Origin: an uncultured Gemmataceae bacterium
GTDB lineage: Bacteria; Planctomycetota; Planctomycetia; Gemmatales; Gemmataceae
Direction: 5' to 3'
Assembly: GCA_963750165.1 (NCBI GenBank)
Contig: CAVVPN010000003.1
Coordinates: 2,080,001 to 2,144,000, forward strand
DNA: 64,000 nucleotides
Shown: positions 42,806 to 52,865 of the stretch, piece after piece
Layout of the letters: each line of letters begins with the position of its first letter
Numbering within the stretch: the first letter of the stretch is position 1
Position numbers and translations under genes: made by a program
Notes under the pieces: generated by a model
What the model saw: only the letters and a program-made list of their open reading frames with translations
What the model was told of the DNA's origin: nothing
The model's database searches: none

Positions 42806-43561
42806 ATGAAGATGGGGTTACTCGGTCTGAAAGTGGGCATGACCCAGGTGTACGACGACAAGGGCCGCATGGCCCCCGTGACGGTCCTCCAGGTGGGGCC
42901 GTGTCCCGTCCTGCAGGTCAAGACGGCCGACGGCAAGGACAGGTACAACGCCGTGCAGATCGGCTTCCTCGACAAGCCGCGCGAAAAGGCCATCCGCGCC
43001 GAGCGCGGCCACGTCGCCAAGGACCTGGAGTCGAAGCGCCGCCGCGAGCTGACCGCCGCCGGCGTGACGCTGCCGCCCAAGGCCGACTGCGAGCCGCAAC
43101 GGCACCTCAAGGAGTGCCGACTCGACAAGCCGCCGGAGCAGACCGTCGGCGCCGTCCTGACCGCCGCGGACGTGTTCAAGGACATCAAGTTTGTGGACGT
43201 GGTCGGCACGAGCAAGGGCCGCGGTTTCACCGGAGCGATGAAGCGGCACGGCTTCCAGGGCCTGCCGGCCGCGCACGGTGCCAAGAAGGTCCACCGCAGC
43301 GCCGGCTCGATCAGTTCGCACGCCAGCAACCGCGGTAGCGGCCGGCCCAAGAAGGGCCACAAGGCGGCCGGTCAGCACGGCAACGTGCAGCGCACCGTTC
43401 GCAACCTTGACGTGGTGCGCATCGACGCCGAGAACCACCTCATCCTGGTGCGCGGCGGCGTGCCGGGGCCCAACGGCGGCCTCATTTACATCCGGCCGAC
43501 CAACAAGATGACCTCTTACCGCGTCGTCGTCAAGCAGGAGTCGAAGAAGAAGAAGAAGTGA
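42806..43561 (+). CDS. rplC: 50S ribosomal protein L3
   Basis: KVGMTQ, PVTV, YNAVQIG, GTSKGRGFTGAMKRH, HGAKKVHR, GGVPGPNG. Confidence 0.96.
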   Translation: MKMGLLGLKVGMTQVYDDKGRMAPVTVLQVGPCPVLQVKTADGKDRYNAVQIGFLDKPREKAIRAERGHVAKDLESKRRRELTAAGVTLPPKADCEPQRHLKECRLDKPPEQTVGAVLTAADVFKDIKFVDVVGTSKGRGFTGAMKRHGFQGLPAAHGAKKVHRSAGSISSHASNRGSGRPKKGHKAAGQHGNVQRTVRNLDVVRIDAENHLILVRGGVPGPNGGLIYIRPTNKMTSYRVVVKQESKKKKK

Positions 43562-43637
43562 GTGTACCCCCCGGGGAGTTTCTGAGGACGCGAGGCCACC
43601 ACCGGCCCCGCGTCCTCGGCGTTTCCTGGCGGAATTT

Positions 43638-43790
43638 GGCGAGCGGCGCGGCGTCAGCCCGCCGGTGCTTCGTAGCACCGGCGGGCTGACGCCGCGCCGC
43701 TCGCCTCAAACCAGACCGGCGGGCTGACGCCGCGCCGCTCGCCTCAAACCAGACCGGCGGGCTGACGCCGCGCCGCTCGCCTCAAACCAG
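43638..43790. repeat. Palindrome whose right arm is tandemly triplicated (3 x 38 bp)
   Basis: Identical units at 43677-43714, 43715-43752 and 43753-43790. Confidence 0.9.
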
Positions 43791-43889
43791 AGGCACACCT
43801 GGCGAGTCAACCTTTCATTGACCTCTCACCCCGGGCGTTTTACGCTAGGGGAGATGAATCTGGCGCCGTTCCCGGGAAGTGAGGTGGTC

Positions 43890-45230
43890 ATGTCCGCGTG
43901 GTTGCGAAATCCCCTGGCCGTCGGTCTGCTGATGAGCCTGGTGCCGTGCGCCGCCGCCCAGGATGACGCTGCGGCCGCGCACGCCCTGGTGCTCAAGGCG
44001 GTCAACGCGCAGGGCGGTCTGGAAAAGCTCGGCCAGAAAGTGGCGTCCCACCGCAAGAGCAAGGGCGTCTTTCACACCGACAAATTCTCCTTCACCGGCG
44101 ATAGTTTCAGCGACCAGGGCAAGCGCCGCAAGATCACCATTCAGGGGGAGCAGGACAACCAGCTGTCCACGCGCACCCTGGTCATGGACGGCGGCAAGGG
44201 TTGGATCACCTTCGACGGCCTCACCGTTGAGCTGGACGACGAGTTCCTGCAGCGCCTGGAGCGCTCCGCCTACGCGGACAGGGTGGCCAGCCTGGTCACC
44301 CTGTTGCGCGACAAGGGGTACAAGCTGTCCACCCTGGGCGAGGTCCAGGTCATGGGCGCCGCGGCCCTGGGCGTCAAGGTCGAGAAGGAAGGCAAGCCGG
44401 ACATCCAGCTCTATTTCGACAAGACGACTGGCCTGCTGGTGAAGTCGGCCAACAAGGTCAAGGACTCGGAAAGCGGCCCCGAGGTGTTGCAGGAGGTGTA
44501 CCACCGGGACTATCAGTGGTACAGGCCGCTGGCGGCGGACGAGCAGTTGCTGCGGGCGGCCAAACTCGGCGTGGACGGCCCCGCTCTGCTGCAGGCCCTG
44601 CGGCAGCGCGTCCCCACGCCGGAGGACCGGAAAAAACTGCTGGCGCTGGTCGAGGAACTGGGGAACCGGTCCGCGCGCGTGAGGGAAAAGGCCAGTGCCG
44701 CCCTGGCGAGCTGGGGACCGCGGGCGACGCCGTACCTGAAGGACGCTCTCAAGCACAAGGATCAGGAGATCGTCCGCCGGGCCGAAAAATTGCTGGAAAA
44801 GGTCACGCACGGGGCCGATGCAGAATTGACACTGGCCCTGCTGCGGTTGACGACCGCCCGGAAACCGACCGGTGCGGCCGCCGTGCTGCTGGACTACCTG
44901 CCCTTCGCGCCGGACGAGTCGGTGGCCCGGCAAGCGCTGGAAGCGCTGGCGGCCGTGGCCGTGCGCGACGGCAAGCCGGATCCAGCAGTCGAGCAGGCCC
45001 TGAACGACCCGGGCCCCCAACGGCGTGCGGCGGCGGCCGCGGTGCTGGGCAAGGACGGCGGCGCCTTCGCCAAACAGCCGTGGCGGCCGGTGCTGGTGGA
45101 CGGTGTGCTGCTGCCGCGGAGTTCCATCCTGTACCGCGACGGCAAGCTGAACATGGAGTTGGCAACCGTGGAGATCCACTTCTACAACCGCCTCGACGAC
45201 AGCGTTTTCGCCCGCCCCGATGCCAAATGA
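43890..45230 (+). CDS. Secreted protein with HEAT-like repeats inside a LolA-like beta domain
   Basis: Signal peptide; LYFDKTTGLLVK; REKASAAL...LKHKDQEIVRRA; C-terminal DSVFARP. Confidence 0.7.
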   Translation: MSAWLRNPLAVGLLMSLVPCAAAQDDAAAAHALVLKAVNAQGGLEKLGQKVASHRKSKGVFHTDKFSFTGDSFSDQGKRRKITIQGEQDNQLSTRTLVMDGGKGWITFDGLTVELDDEFLQRLERSAYADRVASLVTLLRDKGYKLSTLGEVQVMGAAALGVKVEKEGKPDIQLYFDKTTGLLVKSANKVKDSESGPEVLQEVYHRDYQWYRPLAADEQLLRAAKLGVDGPALLQALRQRVPTPEDRKKLLALVEELGNRSARVREKASAALASWGPRATPYLKDALKHKDQEIVRRAEKLLEKVTHGADAELTLALLRLTTARKPTGAAAVLLDYLPFAPDESVARQALEALAAVAVRDGKPDPAVEQALNDPGPQRRAAAAAVLGKDGGAFAKQPWRPVLVDGVLLPRSSILYRDGKLNMELATVEIHFYNRLDDSVFARPDAK

Positions 45231-46237
45231 CGAGTAGCCGTCAAATCGTGGTGACCCGCGGCGACGCCCGCCGCACGGTCGCCGAGCTGATCCGCCGGCA
45301 CGCGCACTGCTCCTGGCCGGAGGCGCGCCGGCTGATTCACGCTGGCCGGGTGCGCGTCGATGGCCGGCCGTGTGCCGACCCCAACCAGCGCCTCGCCGCC
45401 GGGCAACGCCTGCAATTCGATCCGTACAAAGTCACCCCCCCTGCCAGGCTCCGCCAGGAGCGGCCGGCGCCGCGCCTGCCGGACGACCTGCCGGAGCCTT
45501 ACCTTCGCTTCGTCGATGCCCACGTCGTGGTGGTCCACAAGCCCGCCGGTTTAACAACCATGCGCCACCAGCACGAGGCCGCCGAGTTTGGCCGCCGGGC
45601 GAAAAAATTCCTGCCCGTGACACTCGCAGACCTGCTGCCCACGCTGCTCGCCAGCGCCCAGCCGGACGGTAAGGGAGACAGGGTCCGCGCCGTCCATCGG
45701 CTCGACAAGGAGACGAGCGGCCTGGTGGTGTTCGCCCGGACGCCCGCGGCCGAGAGCCACCTGGGCCGTCAGTTCCGCGCGCACGCCGTGGACCGGACGT
45801 ACCTGGCACTGGTGCGCGGCCGGGCGAAGTCGGAGCGTGTGGAGTCGTACCTGGTGGCGGATCGCGGCGACGGCCGGCGCGGCAGCGGCACGAAAGCAGG
45901 CGGCGGCCAGCGGGCGGTGACGCATGTGCGCGTCGTCGAGGAGCTGGGCGAATACACGCTGGTGGAGTGCCGGCTGGAAACGGGCCGGACGCATCAGGTG
46001 CGCATCCACCTGGGCGAGCGCGGTACGCCGTTGTGCGGCGAGCGCATCTACGACCGGCCACTGCACGGCAAGCCGTTGCCGGACGACAGCGGCGCCGCCC
46101 GCCCCGCCCTGCACGCCGCCAGCCTCGGCTTCGAGCATCCCGCGACCGGCCAGCGTATGCACTGGGACGCGCCGCTGCCAGCGGACATGCGGAAGGTATT
46201 GAAAGCGCTGCGCCAGCGTGCAAAGCGTTTACGCTGA
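45227..46237 (+). CDS. RluA family pseudouridine synthase with S4 domain
   Basis: KPAGL, VHRLDKETSGL, LETGRTHQVRIH, LHA. Confidence 0.93.
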   Translation: MTSSRQIVVTRGDARRTVAELIRRHAHCSWPEARRLIHAGRVRVDGRPCADPNQRLAAGQRLQFDPYKVTPPARLRQERPAPRLPDDLPEPYLRFVDAHVVVVHKPAGLTTMRHQHEAAEFGRRAKKFLPVTLADLLPTLLASAQPDGKGDRVRAVHRLDKETSGLVVFARTPAAESHLGRQFRAHAVDRTYLALVRGRAKSERVESYLVADRGDGRRGSGTKAGGGQRAVTHVRVVEELGEYTLVECRLETGRTHQVRIHLGERGTPLCGERIYDRPLHGKPLPDDSGAARPALHAASLGFEHPATGQRMHWDAPLPADMRKVLKALRQRAKRLR

Positions 46238-46253
46238 GTCGGCCCCGTTCACC

Positions 46254-46736
46254 TCACTCCCCCTCCGCCGGGCACGGCCCCCGGGCCTTCTCCAGCAGCC
46301 GATTCAACTCGTGAACCTCTTCCTTCGACAGGTGGGCGACGACGCGGCGGTGCAGGTCCAGGACCGGCTCGTCGAGACTGGCGAGCAGCTTGAGCGCCTT
46401 GGCGGTGGTGGTCACGTACACCACGCGGCGGTCCTTGGTGGAGCGTTCGCGCGTGACCAGGCCGGCGTGCTCCATGCGGTCGATCAGGCCGGTGATGCCG
46501 GGCACCACGGTGATGGTGCGCTGGGCGATCTCCAGCGACGGCAGCGGCTGACCCTCGCCGCGCAGGATGCGCAGGATGTTGTACTGGGCCGGCGTCAGCC
46601 CGTACTCGCGGAACAGCCGCGTGAAGTGGATCTGCAACTGGTCGGCGGTGCGGAACAGGTTCAGGGCCAATTCCTGCTCTGGCGAGTCGAAGGGTTGTTT
46701 CTTTTTGATTTCCTGCTGTAACTTGCTGGCGGCCAT
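46254..46736 (-). CDS. MarR family transcriptional regulator
   Basis: LTPAQYNILRIL, ITGLIDRME, DRRVVYV. Confidence 0.92.
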   Translation of the reverse strand: MAASKLQQEIKKKQPFDSPEQELALNLFRTADQLQIHFTRLFREYGLTPAQYNILRILRGEGQPLPSLEIAQRTITVVPGITGLIDRMEHAGLVTRERSTKDRRVVYVTTTAKALKLLASLDEPVLDLHRRVVAHLSKEEVHELNRLLEKARGPCPAEGE

Positions 46737-47151
46737 GGCGGCGCCCCCTGCTAGCTGCAAACGCTTCGCTTGTTTCCAGGATAATGGCCGATTCTACGAG
46801 AAAGTGCGGCGGCAGACAGCCGAAAAGTGCGGCGGCGTGGTGTTTGTCATCCGAGACGTGCGCGGCAAGCCTCCTTGAGGCCCAGTTGCTTGTTGACACA
46901 CCGAGCGTGACCACACTTGACTCCTGGCGGATGCCGGGTAAAAAACGAGAGCTTTGTGCTTGCGATAGGGTGAGACTCCCCCATGCCACCAATCTGGCCG
47001 CCTATCTATTTGCCCACTCCCCCCTGGCAGCCGTGGCGAAGCCGATTCCTCCGCCTGTACCACGGCTGCACCAGCGCTGCAACGACTGATCGACCGTGGC
47101 AACAAGAAGTTTTTCGAGGTTGAGAACGTCGAGTGAAATGTGGAGACGATC

Positions 47152-47403
47152 ATGGGGCACGCACAAAATCGGCAAAAGGCCATCGATCAGTTTTGGAGCG
47201 ATGTCAAGGGTTTGCTAACTGGCAAAACCGGCAAGTACCACCACTCGCCCCAAAAATCCCAGCAGGAGGGGATTGAGAAATACCGGCAGGAGGTGAACCG
47301 CCTGGACCTCGGTGGCGTGGTCTACAACCAGGGAGAGGAGCAGACCGCCAGGGTGATTGACGGCTTGATCGAGCACGGCCTCCCGACACCGAGCGCGTCC
47401 TGA
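47152..47403 (+). CDS. Hypothetical small protein
   Basis: GGAG SD before ATG 47152; co-oriented with the downstream gene. Confidence 0.5.
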   Translation: MGHAQNRQKAIDQFWSDVKGLLTGKTGKYHHSPQKSQQEGIEKYRQEVNRLDLGGVVYNQGEEQTARVIDGLIEHGLPTPSAS

Positions 47404-47435
47404 AGTATGCACCCCGGCACTCAAGGAGTTCGCCT

Positions 47436-48554
47436 ATGAGATGGCTCCCGTGGGTCGTGGGCATCCTCGCCTTCGGGGCGGGCTTCGGACTCGCCGCGCT
47501 GGTCTACCATTTGACCTGGCTCCCGTGGGGGTTGGAATTTTTTTCCCTGCTCCTGGCGGGGGGCTTCGGCGGCATCGCCCAGGCGCTGGCCACCGGCGCG
47601 GACAGGCTCCGGTTCCCGGGGCTGGTTCCCCCGGACCAGGAAACCGACCGGCCAGCCTGGGACGCCGGGTTCCTGGCCGATGCGTTCATCGGCATGCTTG
47701 GCGCTGTGGCGAGTCTGATGTTCGCCCTGGCGCTGTTGAGCGACAAATTCTTTGGGGTCACGCAGGGCCAGGCGCAGACGGACTTCCCGATCCCACCCTG
47801 GGCGCGGATGGTCGCATTCGGTGCGCTGACCGGGTTCGCCAGCCGTCAACTGCTGCCGGCCCTGTCCAAGCGACTGGTCAACATGGTGACCGAACAGGTT
47901 CGGGAGCGGGTGAACCAGGTGGAACAGCGAGCGAACAACCGCCTGGAAGCCATCCAGGCCCAGGCCGAGATCGCCCAGTTGACGGCCATCGCAGCAAACC
48001 CTCCCCCAGCGGTCGCCGCCGCGGCCGCAGCCGTCGCTGCCCCCGCCGCCGCCGCCGCCGCCGCGTTCGTCGCTACCGGCGCGGCCGCCGCTCCGGGCTG
48101 GGTTTACGAGATCGAGCACCTGGTCCAGCAGTACAACGCGATCAACAACCCGGATTACGAGGCCCGGATGGCCGCCCGCATGGAGACAGCCAGGGCCATG
48201 CTCGTGATTCTTGACCGGGCGCACGTCGCGTCCGCCGTGCTGGTCCCTGAAGTCCAGAACCACCCGGAGACGGCCTGGGTGCTGGTCCTGGCAACGCTGA
48301 TTGCTTCCCGCCCCGAGGCCAACGACGCCGTCCGACTATTCGACGCTTACGATTTACGGCTCGCTGACGCCGCCGTTCGTCGGGAGAGCAAGTTCATCCT
48401 CTACCGGGTATTGCTGGCCGTGATTGCCCTGTACGACAGCCACCACCTGCCTGTGGCACACCGCGGCCGCGCGCAGCAGATCGCCCAGGAGTGCCTTGAG
48501 ATTCCGGACGACCGGTTACGCAAACGGGCAAACGCCGTTTTACAACTCCTTTGA
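47436..48554 (+). CDS. Membrane protein with YLATT-like 3TM region, coiled coil, Ala-rich linker and helical C-terminal domain
   Basis: AAGGAG SD; LAGGFGG...IGMLGA...GFASRQLL..LSKRL TM pattern. Confidence 0.6.
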   Translation: MRWLPWVVGILAFGAGFGLAALVYHLTWLPWGLEFFSLLLAGGFGGIAQALATGADRLRFPGLVPPDQETDRPAWDAGFLADAFIGMLGAVASLMFALALLSDKFFGVTQGQAQTDFPIPPWARMVAFGALTGFASRQLLPALSKRLVNMVTEQVRERVNQVEQRANNRLEAIQAQAEIAQLTAIAANPPPAVAAAAAAVAAPAAAAAAAFVATGAAAAPGWVYEIEHLVQQYNAINNPDYEARMAARMETARAMLVILDRAHVASAVLVPEVQNHPETAWVLVLATLIASRPEANDAVRLFDAYDLRLADAAVRRESKFILYRVLLAVIALYDSHHLPVAHRGRAQQIAQECLEIPDDRLRKRANAVLQLL

Positions 48555-48588
48555 GGGATTCTCGAAGTCCGGTCCCGGGAATCGGGTG

Positions 48589-49971
48589 TCAGACTGATCG
48601 GCTCACCGGCGCCGCACCGCCACGGCTCGCCGCGCCGTCCTGAGCGCCGCGCGGCCGGGTCAACAGCTCCGACACAATTCGCAGTGCCGTCTCCACCTGC
48701 CCCGCGCTGACGCACAGCGGCGGGCAAAAACGGATGGCGCCCTCGCCACAACCGAGCAAGAGTAGGCCCTGATGAAACGCCGCCTGAATCACCTCGTCGC
48801 GCAGGGCCGGGTCGAGCGTCTGGCGGTCGCCGGGCTTCACCAGATCCACCGCAGTCATCAGCCCCAGGCCGCGCACCTCGCCGAGTTCGGGAATCGTGTG
48901 CTGAAGTTTCCGCAGCCCTTCCTGAAGCTGACGACCGCGCACCTCCGCGTTCGCGACATAGCCCTGTTGCAGCAGGTCCAGCGTCGCCAGGGCGGCGCGG
49001 CAGCTGACGGGGTTGCCGCCGAAGGTGCTGGCGTGGCTGCCGGACGGCCAGTCCATCACCGAGGCGCGGGCGATGATTGCGCCCAGCGGCATACCGCTGG
49101 CGATGCCCTTCGCCAGACACAAAATGTCCGGCTCGACGCCCCAGTGCTCGACCGCGAACATCTTGCCGGTGCGGCCCATGCCGGACTGCACCTCATCCGC
49201 GACCAGCAAAATGCCGTGGCGGTCGCACAGTTCGCGCAGCGCTGGCAGGAAGCCCGGCGGCGAGACGAAGTAACCGCCCTCGCCCTGGATCGGCTCGACG
49301 AAAATGGCCGCGACCTCCTCCGGCGGGGCGACGCGCTTGAAGAGGGTGTCTTCGATGCTCTTGATGCAGGCGCAGCCGCCGGGCTGACAGACCGTGCAGC
49401 CGCGCGGGAACGGTACATGGTGAATGTCCGGCACCAGTGGCGAGAAGCCGCGGCGATGCACCACCTTCGAGCCGGACAGCGACATGGCCCCGTAAGTGCG
49501 GCCGTGGAACGCCCCGAAGAACGCCACCGCCCGCGACCGCCGCGTGTGCCAGCGTGCCAGCTTCAGCCCGGCTTCCAGCGCCTCGGCGCCGCTGTTGGTG
49601 AAGAAGACGCGCTTGGGCGTCTGGCCCGGGGCGACCTCCGCCAGCCGCTGTGCCAGGTCGATTTGCGGCGCGTAGTAAAAATCGGTGCCGGACATGTGGA
49701 TCAGCTTGGCGGCCTGGTCCTGGATGGCGGCGACGACGTGCGGGTGACAGTGGCCGGTGGCGGTGACGGCAATGCCGGCGGTGAAGTCCAGGAAGCGGTT
49801 GCCGTCCACGTCCTCAATGACCGCGCCGCTGCCGCGGGCGCACACCAGCGGGTAGATGCGCGTGTACGACGGCGACATGTACTGCTCGTCACGGTGGAGC
49901 AGTGCTTGCGCCTTTGGGCCGGGCAGCGCGGTGTGGAGGTACGGGACCGTTTCGTTCTCAAATAGCCACAT
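48589..49971 (-). CDS. Class III PLP aminotransferase (4-aminobutyrate/acetylornithine type)
   Basis: FLDFTAGIAV, NSGAEA, FHGRT, EPIQGEGG, DEVQSGMGRTG, AKGIASG. Confidence 0.93.
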   Translation of the reverse strand: MWLFENETVPYLHTALPGPKAQALLHRDEQYMSPSYTRIYPLVCARGSGAVIEDVDGNRFLDFTAGIAVTATGHCHPHVVAAIQDQAAKLIHMSGTDFYYAPQIDLAQRLAEVAPGQTPKRVFFTNSGAEALEAGLKLARWHTRRSRAVAFFGAFHGRTYGAMSLSGSKVVHRRGFSPLVPDIHHVPFPRGCTVCQPGGCACIKSIEDTLFKRVAPPEEVAAIFVEPIQGEGGYFVSPPGFLPALRELCDRHGILLVADEVQSGMGRTGKMFAVEHWGVEPDILCLAKGIASGMPLGAIIARASVMDWPSGSHASTFGGNPVSCRAALATLDLLQQGYVANAEVRGRQLQEGLRKLQHTIPELGEVRGLGLMTAVDLVKPGDRQTLDPALRDEVIQAAFHQGLLLLGCGEGAIRFCPPLCVSAGQVETALRIVSELLTRPRGAQDGAASRGGAAPVSRSV

Positions 49972-50011
49972 CAGGTCAGCCTCCTGTCTCGCCGTTGGCA
50001 GTGTACCGACC

Positions 50012-50317
50012 TGTCTTTGCCCCGAAGGGGCTACACAACTTAGCCCAGGGCAACGCCCTGGGAAACGGGGTGAGACCACAATATCCCTTCTGGTTTTTCG
50101 CCCTGAAGGGGCACAACAAGAAGTTGTTATGCCCTTCAGGGCGAATGATAAAAGGGTTTAAGGTTCTCAGGGCCTGTGCGAAAAGTAGGTGCCGCGAGCC
50201 GAGCGGCACCCGCAGCGGGTGCCGCTCGGCTCGCGGCACCTACTTTTCGCACAGCCACTCAGTGTTCCCAGGGCGTTGCCCTGGGCTAAGTTGTGTAGCC
50301 CCTTCGGGGCAAAGACA
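50012..50317. repeat. Nested palindromic element (REPIN/MITE-like)
   Basis: 53-bp perfect outer inverted repeats enclosing two inner hairpins. Confidence 0.88.
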
Positions 50318-50429
50318 ACATAACAACGCTTGAATCATGCCCGCATCAATTCACCGGATCGGACCAATCATAAGGATCGGTTTCATTGCTGAAGCAACCG
50401 GATCATTTCAGCCTGTTCTTGAGAATGCA

Positions 50430-51953
50430 TCACGCCGGCCCGCCTTCAATGGTCGTGGTCAGCCCCTGAGCCATCTTCACTTCCTCCGCGTAGTTAACGG
50501 TCCACGCGGTCTTGTGCGTCACCGTCTCGATCAGTCCCGCCGCGGACGGGTGGCCATTACCACTCTTTTTGACGCCGCCGAACGGCAGATGCACCTCCGC
50601 CCCGATGCACGGCAAATTGACGTAGCCCATGCCGTACTCGCACTCGTCACGGAAATAGCGCATCGTCCGGTAATTGTCCGTGATGACCGCCATCGACAGG
50701 CCATACTCCGTGTCGTTGTAAATCTTGACCGCCTCCTCGTTGCTGCGGAACGGCACCACCGCGACGTGCGGCCCGAACACCTCCTCGCGCAGCACGCGCA
50801 CGCCCGGCCGGTGCTCGACGCGGTAGATGAACGGCGACAGATAGCAGCCCTTCGCGTGGCTGCCGCCGGTCAGGGGGCCGCCCGCCAGCAGCACCGTCGC
50901 CCCTTCCTTCGCGGCCAGTTCGTTGTACTTCAGCACCTTGTTGACGGCGTCGCGGTGGATGACCGGGCCGGTGAAGTTGCCGCCGTCCAGTGGGTCGCCG
51001 ATGCGCAGCCGCCTGGCCGTGGCGACAAATTGCTCGGCGAAGCGGTCGATCAGTTTTTCGTGGACGAGAATGCGGCTCGCGGACACGCAGCGCTGGCCGC
51101 TGGTCTTGAAGGCGCTGATGACGGCGCTGGTCACGGCCAGGTCGAGCCGGGCATCCTCGCAGACGATGACGGCGCTCTTGCTGCCCATCTCGGCGGCGAC
51201 GATGCGGTCGAAAAAGTCCGCGGAAATCTGCTGAATACGGTGGCCGACCTCGTAACTGCCGGTGAACAGTACGACGTTCACCTCCGGGTGGCGCACCAGG
51301 GCCTCGCCGGCCTCGGCGGCACCGTGGACCAGGTTGACGACGCCCGGCGGGAAGCCGGCCTCCTCGAATAACTCCATCATGCGCTGGGCGATGGCCGGCG
51401 TGTCCTCCGAGGGCTTGAACACCGCCGTGTTGCCCTCGACGAGGCTCGGCCCGAGCATCCACAGCGGCACCGCGAACGGGAAATTCCACGGCGTGATGAC
51501 GGCGACGACACCCCACGGCTTGCGGCGCAGGAAGGCGTCCTTGTCCGCAATCTCCGACGCCAGCACCTCGCCCACCGGCTGGCGGCCGGTGCCGAAGACG
51601 TACTGGATCATGTGCAGCCCTTCGACGACCTCCGCCCGGCACTCGGTCAGCACCTTGCCACACTCACGGGCCATCAACTCGGCGAGCGCGTCGGTGTCGC
51701 GCTTGACGAGCTGGGCGAGGTTGTCGAAGAGTTCGGCGCGCTTGATCTTGCTGGTGCGCCGCCAGGCGGGGAACGCGGCCCGCGCCGCGGCAACGGCCTG
51801 CTTCGCCTCCTCGGCGCCTCCGGTCGGGAAGACGCCGACGATCTGGTCATTGTGTGCGGGGTTGAGGCTCTCGAACGATGTGCCGGCCGGCGACAGCCAG
51901 CGGCCGGCGATGTGATGACGGCCCGTGACCGGGGTGGCGGTGGCGCTGCTCAT
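50430..51953 (-). CDS. Aldehyde dehydrogenase
   Basis: ITPWNFP, FTGS, EMGSK, GQRC, EEVFGP, FGGVKKSG. Confidence 0.95.
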   Translation of the reverse strand: MSSATATPVTGRHHIAGRWLSPAGTSFESLNPAHNDQIVGVFPTGGAEEAKQAVAAARAAFPAWRRTSKIKRAELFDNLAQLVKRDTDALAELMARECGKVLTECRAEVVEGLHMIQYVFGTGRQPVGEVLASEIADKDAFLRRKPWGVVAVITPWNFPFAVPLWMLGPSLVEGNTAVFKPSEDTPAIAQRMMELFEEAGFPPGVVNLVHGAAEAGEALVRHPEVNVVLFTGSYEVGHRIQQISADFFDRIVAAEMGSKSAVIVCEDARLDLAVTSAVISAFKTSGQRCVSASRILVHEKLIDRFAEQFVATARRLRIGDPLDGGNFTGPVIHRDAVNKVLKYNELAAKEGATVLLAGGPLTGGSHAKGCYLSPFIYRVEHRPGVRVLREEVFGPHVAVVPFRSNEEAVKIYNDTEYGLSMAVITDNYRTMRYFRDECEYGMGYVNLPCIGAEVHLPFGGVKKSGNGHPSAAGLIETVTHKTAWTVNYAEEVKMAQGLTTTIEGGPA

Positions 51954-52020
51954 AGGTTCGGCTCCTTTCCGGGTCGAGGGTACTCCTTCACCATTATACG
52001 CCGCGCGGCCGCCAGCCCCG

Positions 52021-52677
52021 TCAGCGCCGGCGGGCCAGCAGAATGCCGTCGCCGACCGTCAGCAGGCAGGCGTCCACGCGGGCGTCGTCGCGCACCTTGC
52101 GGTTGATGGCCCGCAGCGCCGCCGTCTCCACGTCCTGCACCGCCGGGTCCGCCACGTCGCCGCCCCAGAGCACGTTGTCCACGGCGATCAGGCCGCCCGG
52201 CCGCACCAGACGCAGGCACGCCTCGTAATAGGCGTCGGTGTTCTCCTTGTCCGCGTCGATGAAGGCGAAATCAAACGTGCCCGCGCCGCCGTCGCGCTCC
52301 AGCGCCACCAGCGTGTCCAGCGCGGGGCCGAACCGCAGGTCAATGCGCTCCGCGACGCCGGCTTCCTGCCAGTAGCGCCGCGCGACGGCGGCCCGCTCTT
52401 CACTGACCTCGCAGGTGACGACCTTGCCGTCCGGCGGCAGCGCCGCGGCCACGGCGAGGGCGCTGTAGCCCGTGAAGGTGCCGATCTCCAGCGTGCGGTG
52501 GGCGCCCAGTAGCCGCATCAGCAGTGCGAAGAACGCCCCCTGGTCGGCGCCGATTTGCATGCGGGCGCCGGGCATGGTCGCGGTTTCGACGCGCAGCCGC
52601 TGCTGCAGCGGCGTCTCCGTGGTGAAGGCACTCACATATTGCTCAATGGCGTCCGGCACGAGAGAACGCTTGCCCAT
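52021..52677 (-). CDS. Class I SAM-dependent O-methyltransferase (caffeoyl-CoA/COMT type)
   Basis: LEIGTFTGYS, FDFAFIDADK, DNVLWGG. Confidence 0.92.
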   Translation of the reverse strand: MGKRSLVPDAIEQYVSAFTTETPLQQRLRVETATMPGARMQIGADQGAFFALLMRLLGAHRTLEIGTFTGYSALAVAAALPPDGKVVTCEVSEERAAVARRYWQEAGVAERIDLRFGPALDTLVALERDGGAGTFDFAFIDADKENTDAYYEACLRLVRPGGLIAVDNVLWGGDVADPAVQDVETAALRAINRKVRDDARVDACLLTVGDGILLARRR

Positions 52678-52865
52678 GACGATCAGTACCTCAAGGGGTG
52701 TTGCCGCGAATTCAAAGCCGCCGCGCAGCCGTTTGTACCTTTTGTGCCCGTTCGGGATCAACAGCAGGACTTCACCGGCAGGTTGAGAACCAGGAGGCAT
52801 TTGGAAAAAACGGGGAGGGCTGGTGTTCGCCAGACCTCCCCGTTCCGGATTCGCGTGTCACCCTG

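Noticed and set aside
43677..43790. Possible CRISPR array
   Set aside because: The three 38-bp units are contiguous and identical with no unique spacers, and no cas genes are nearby.
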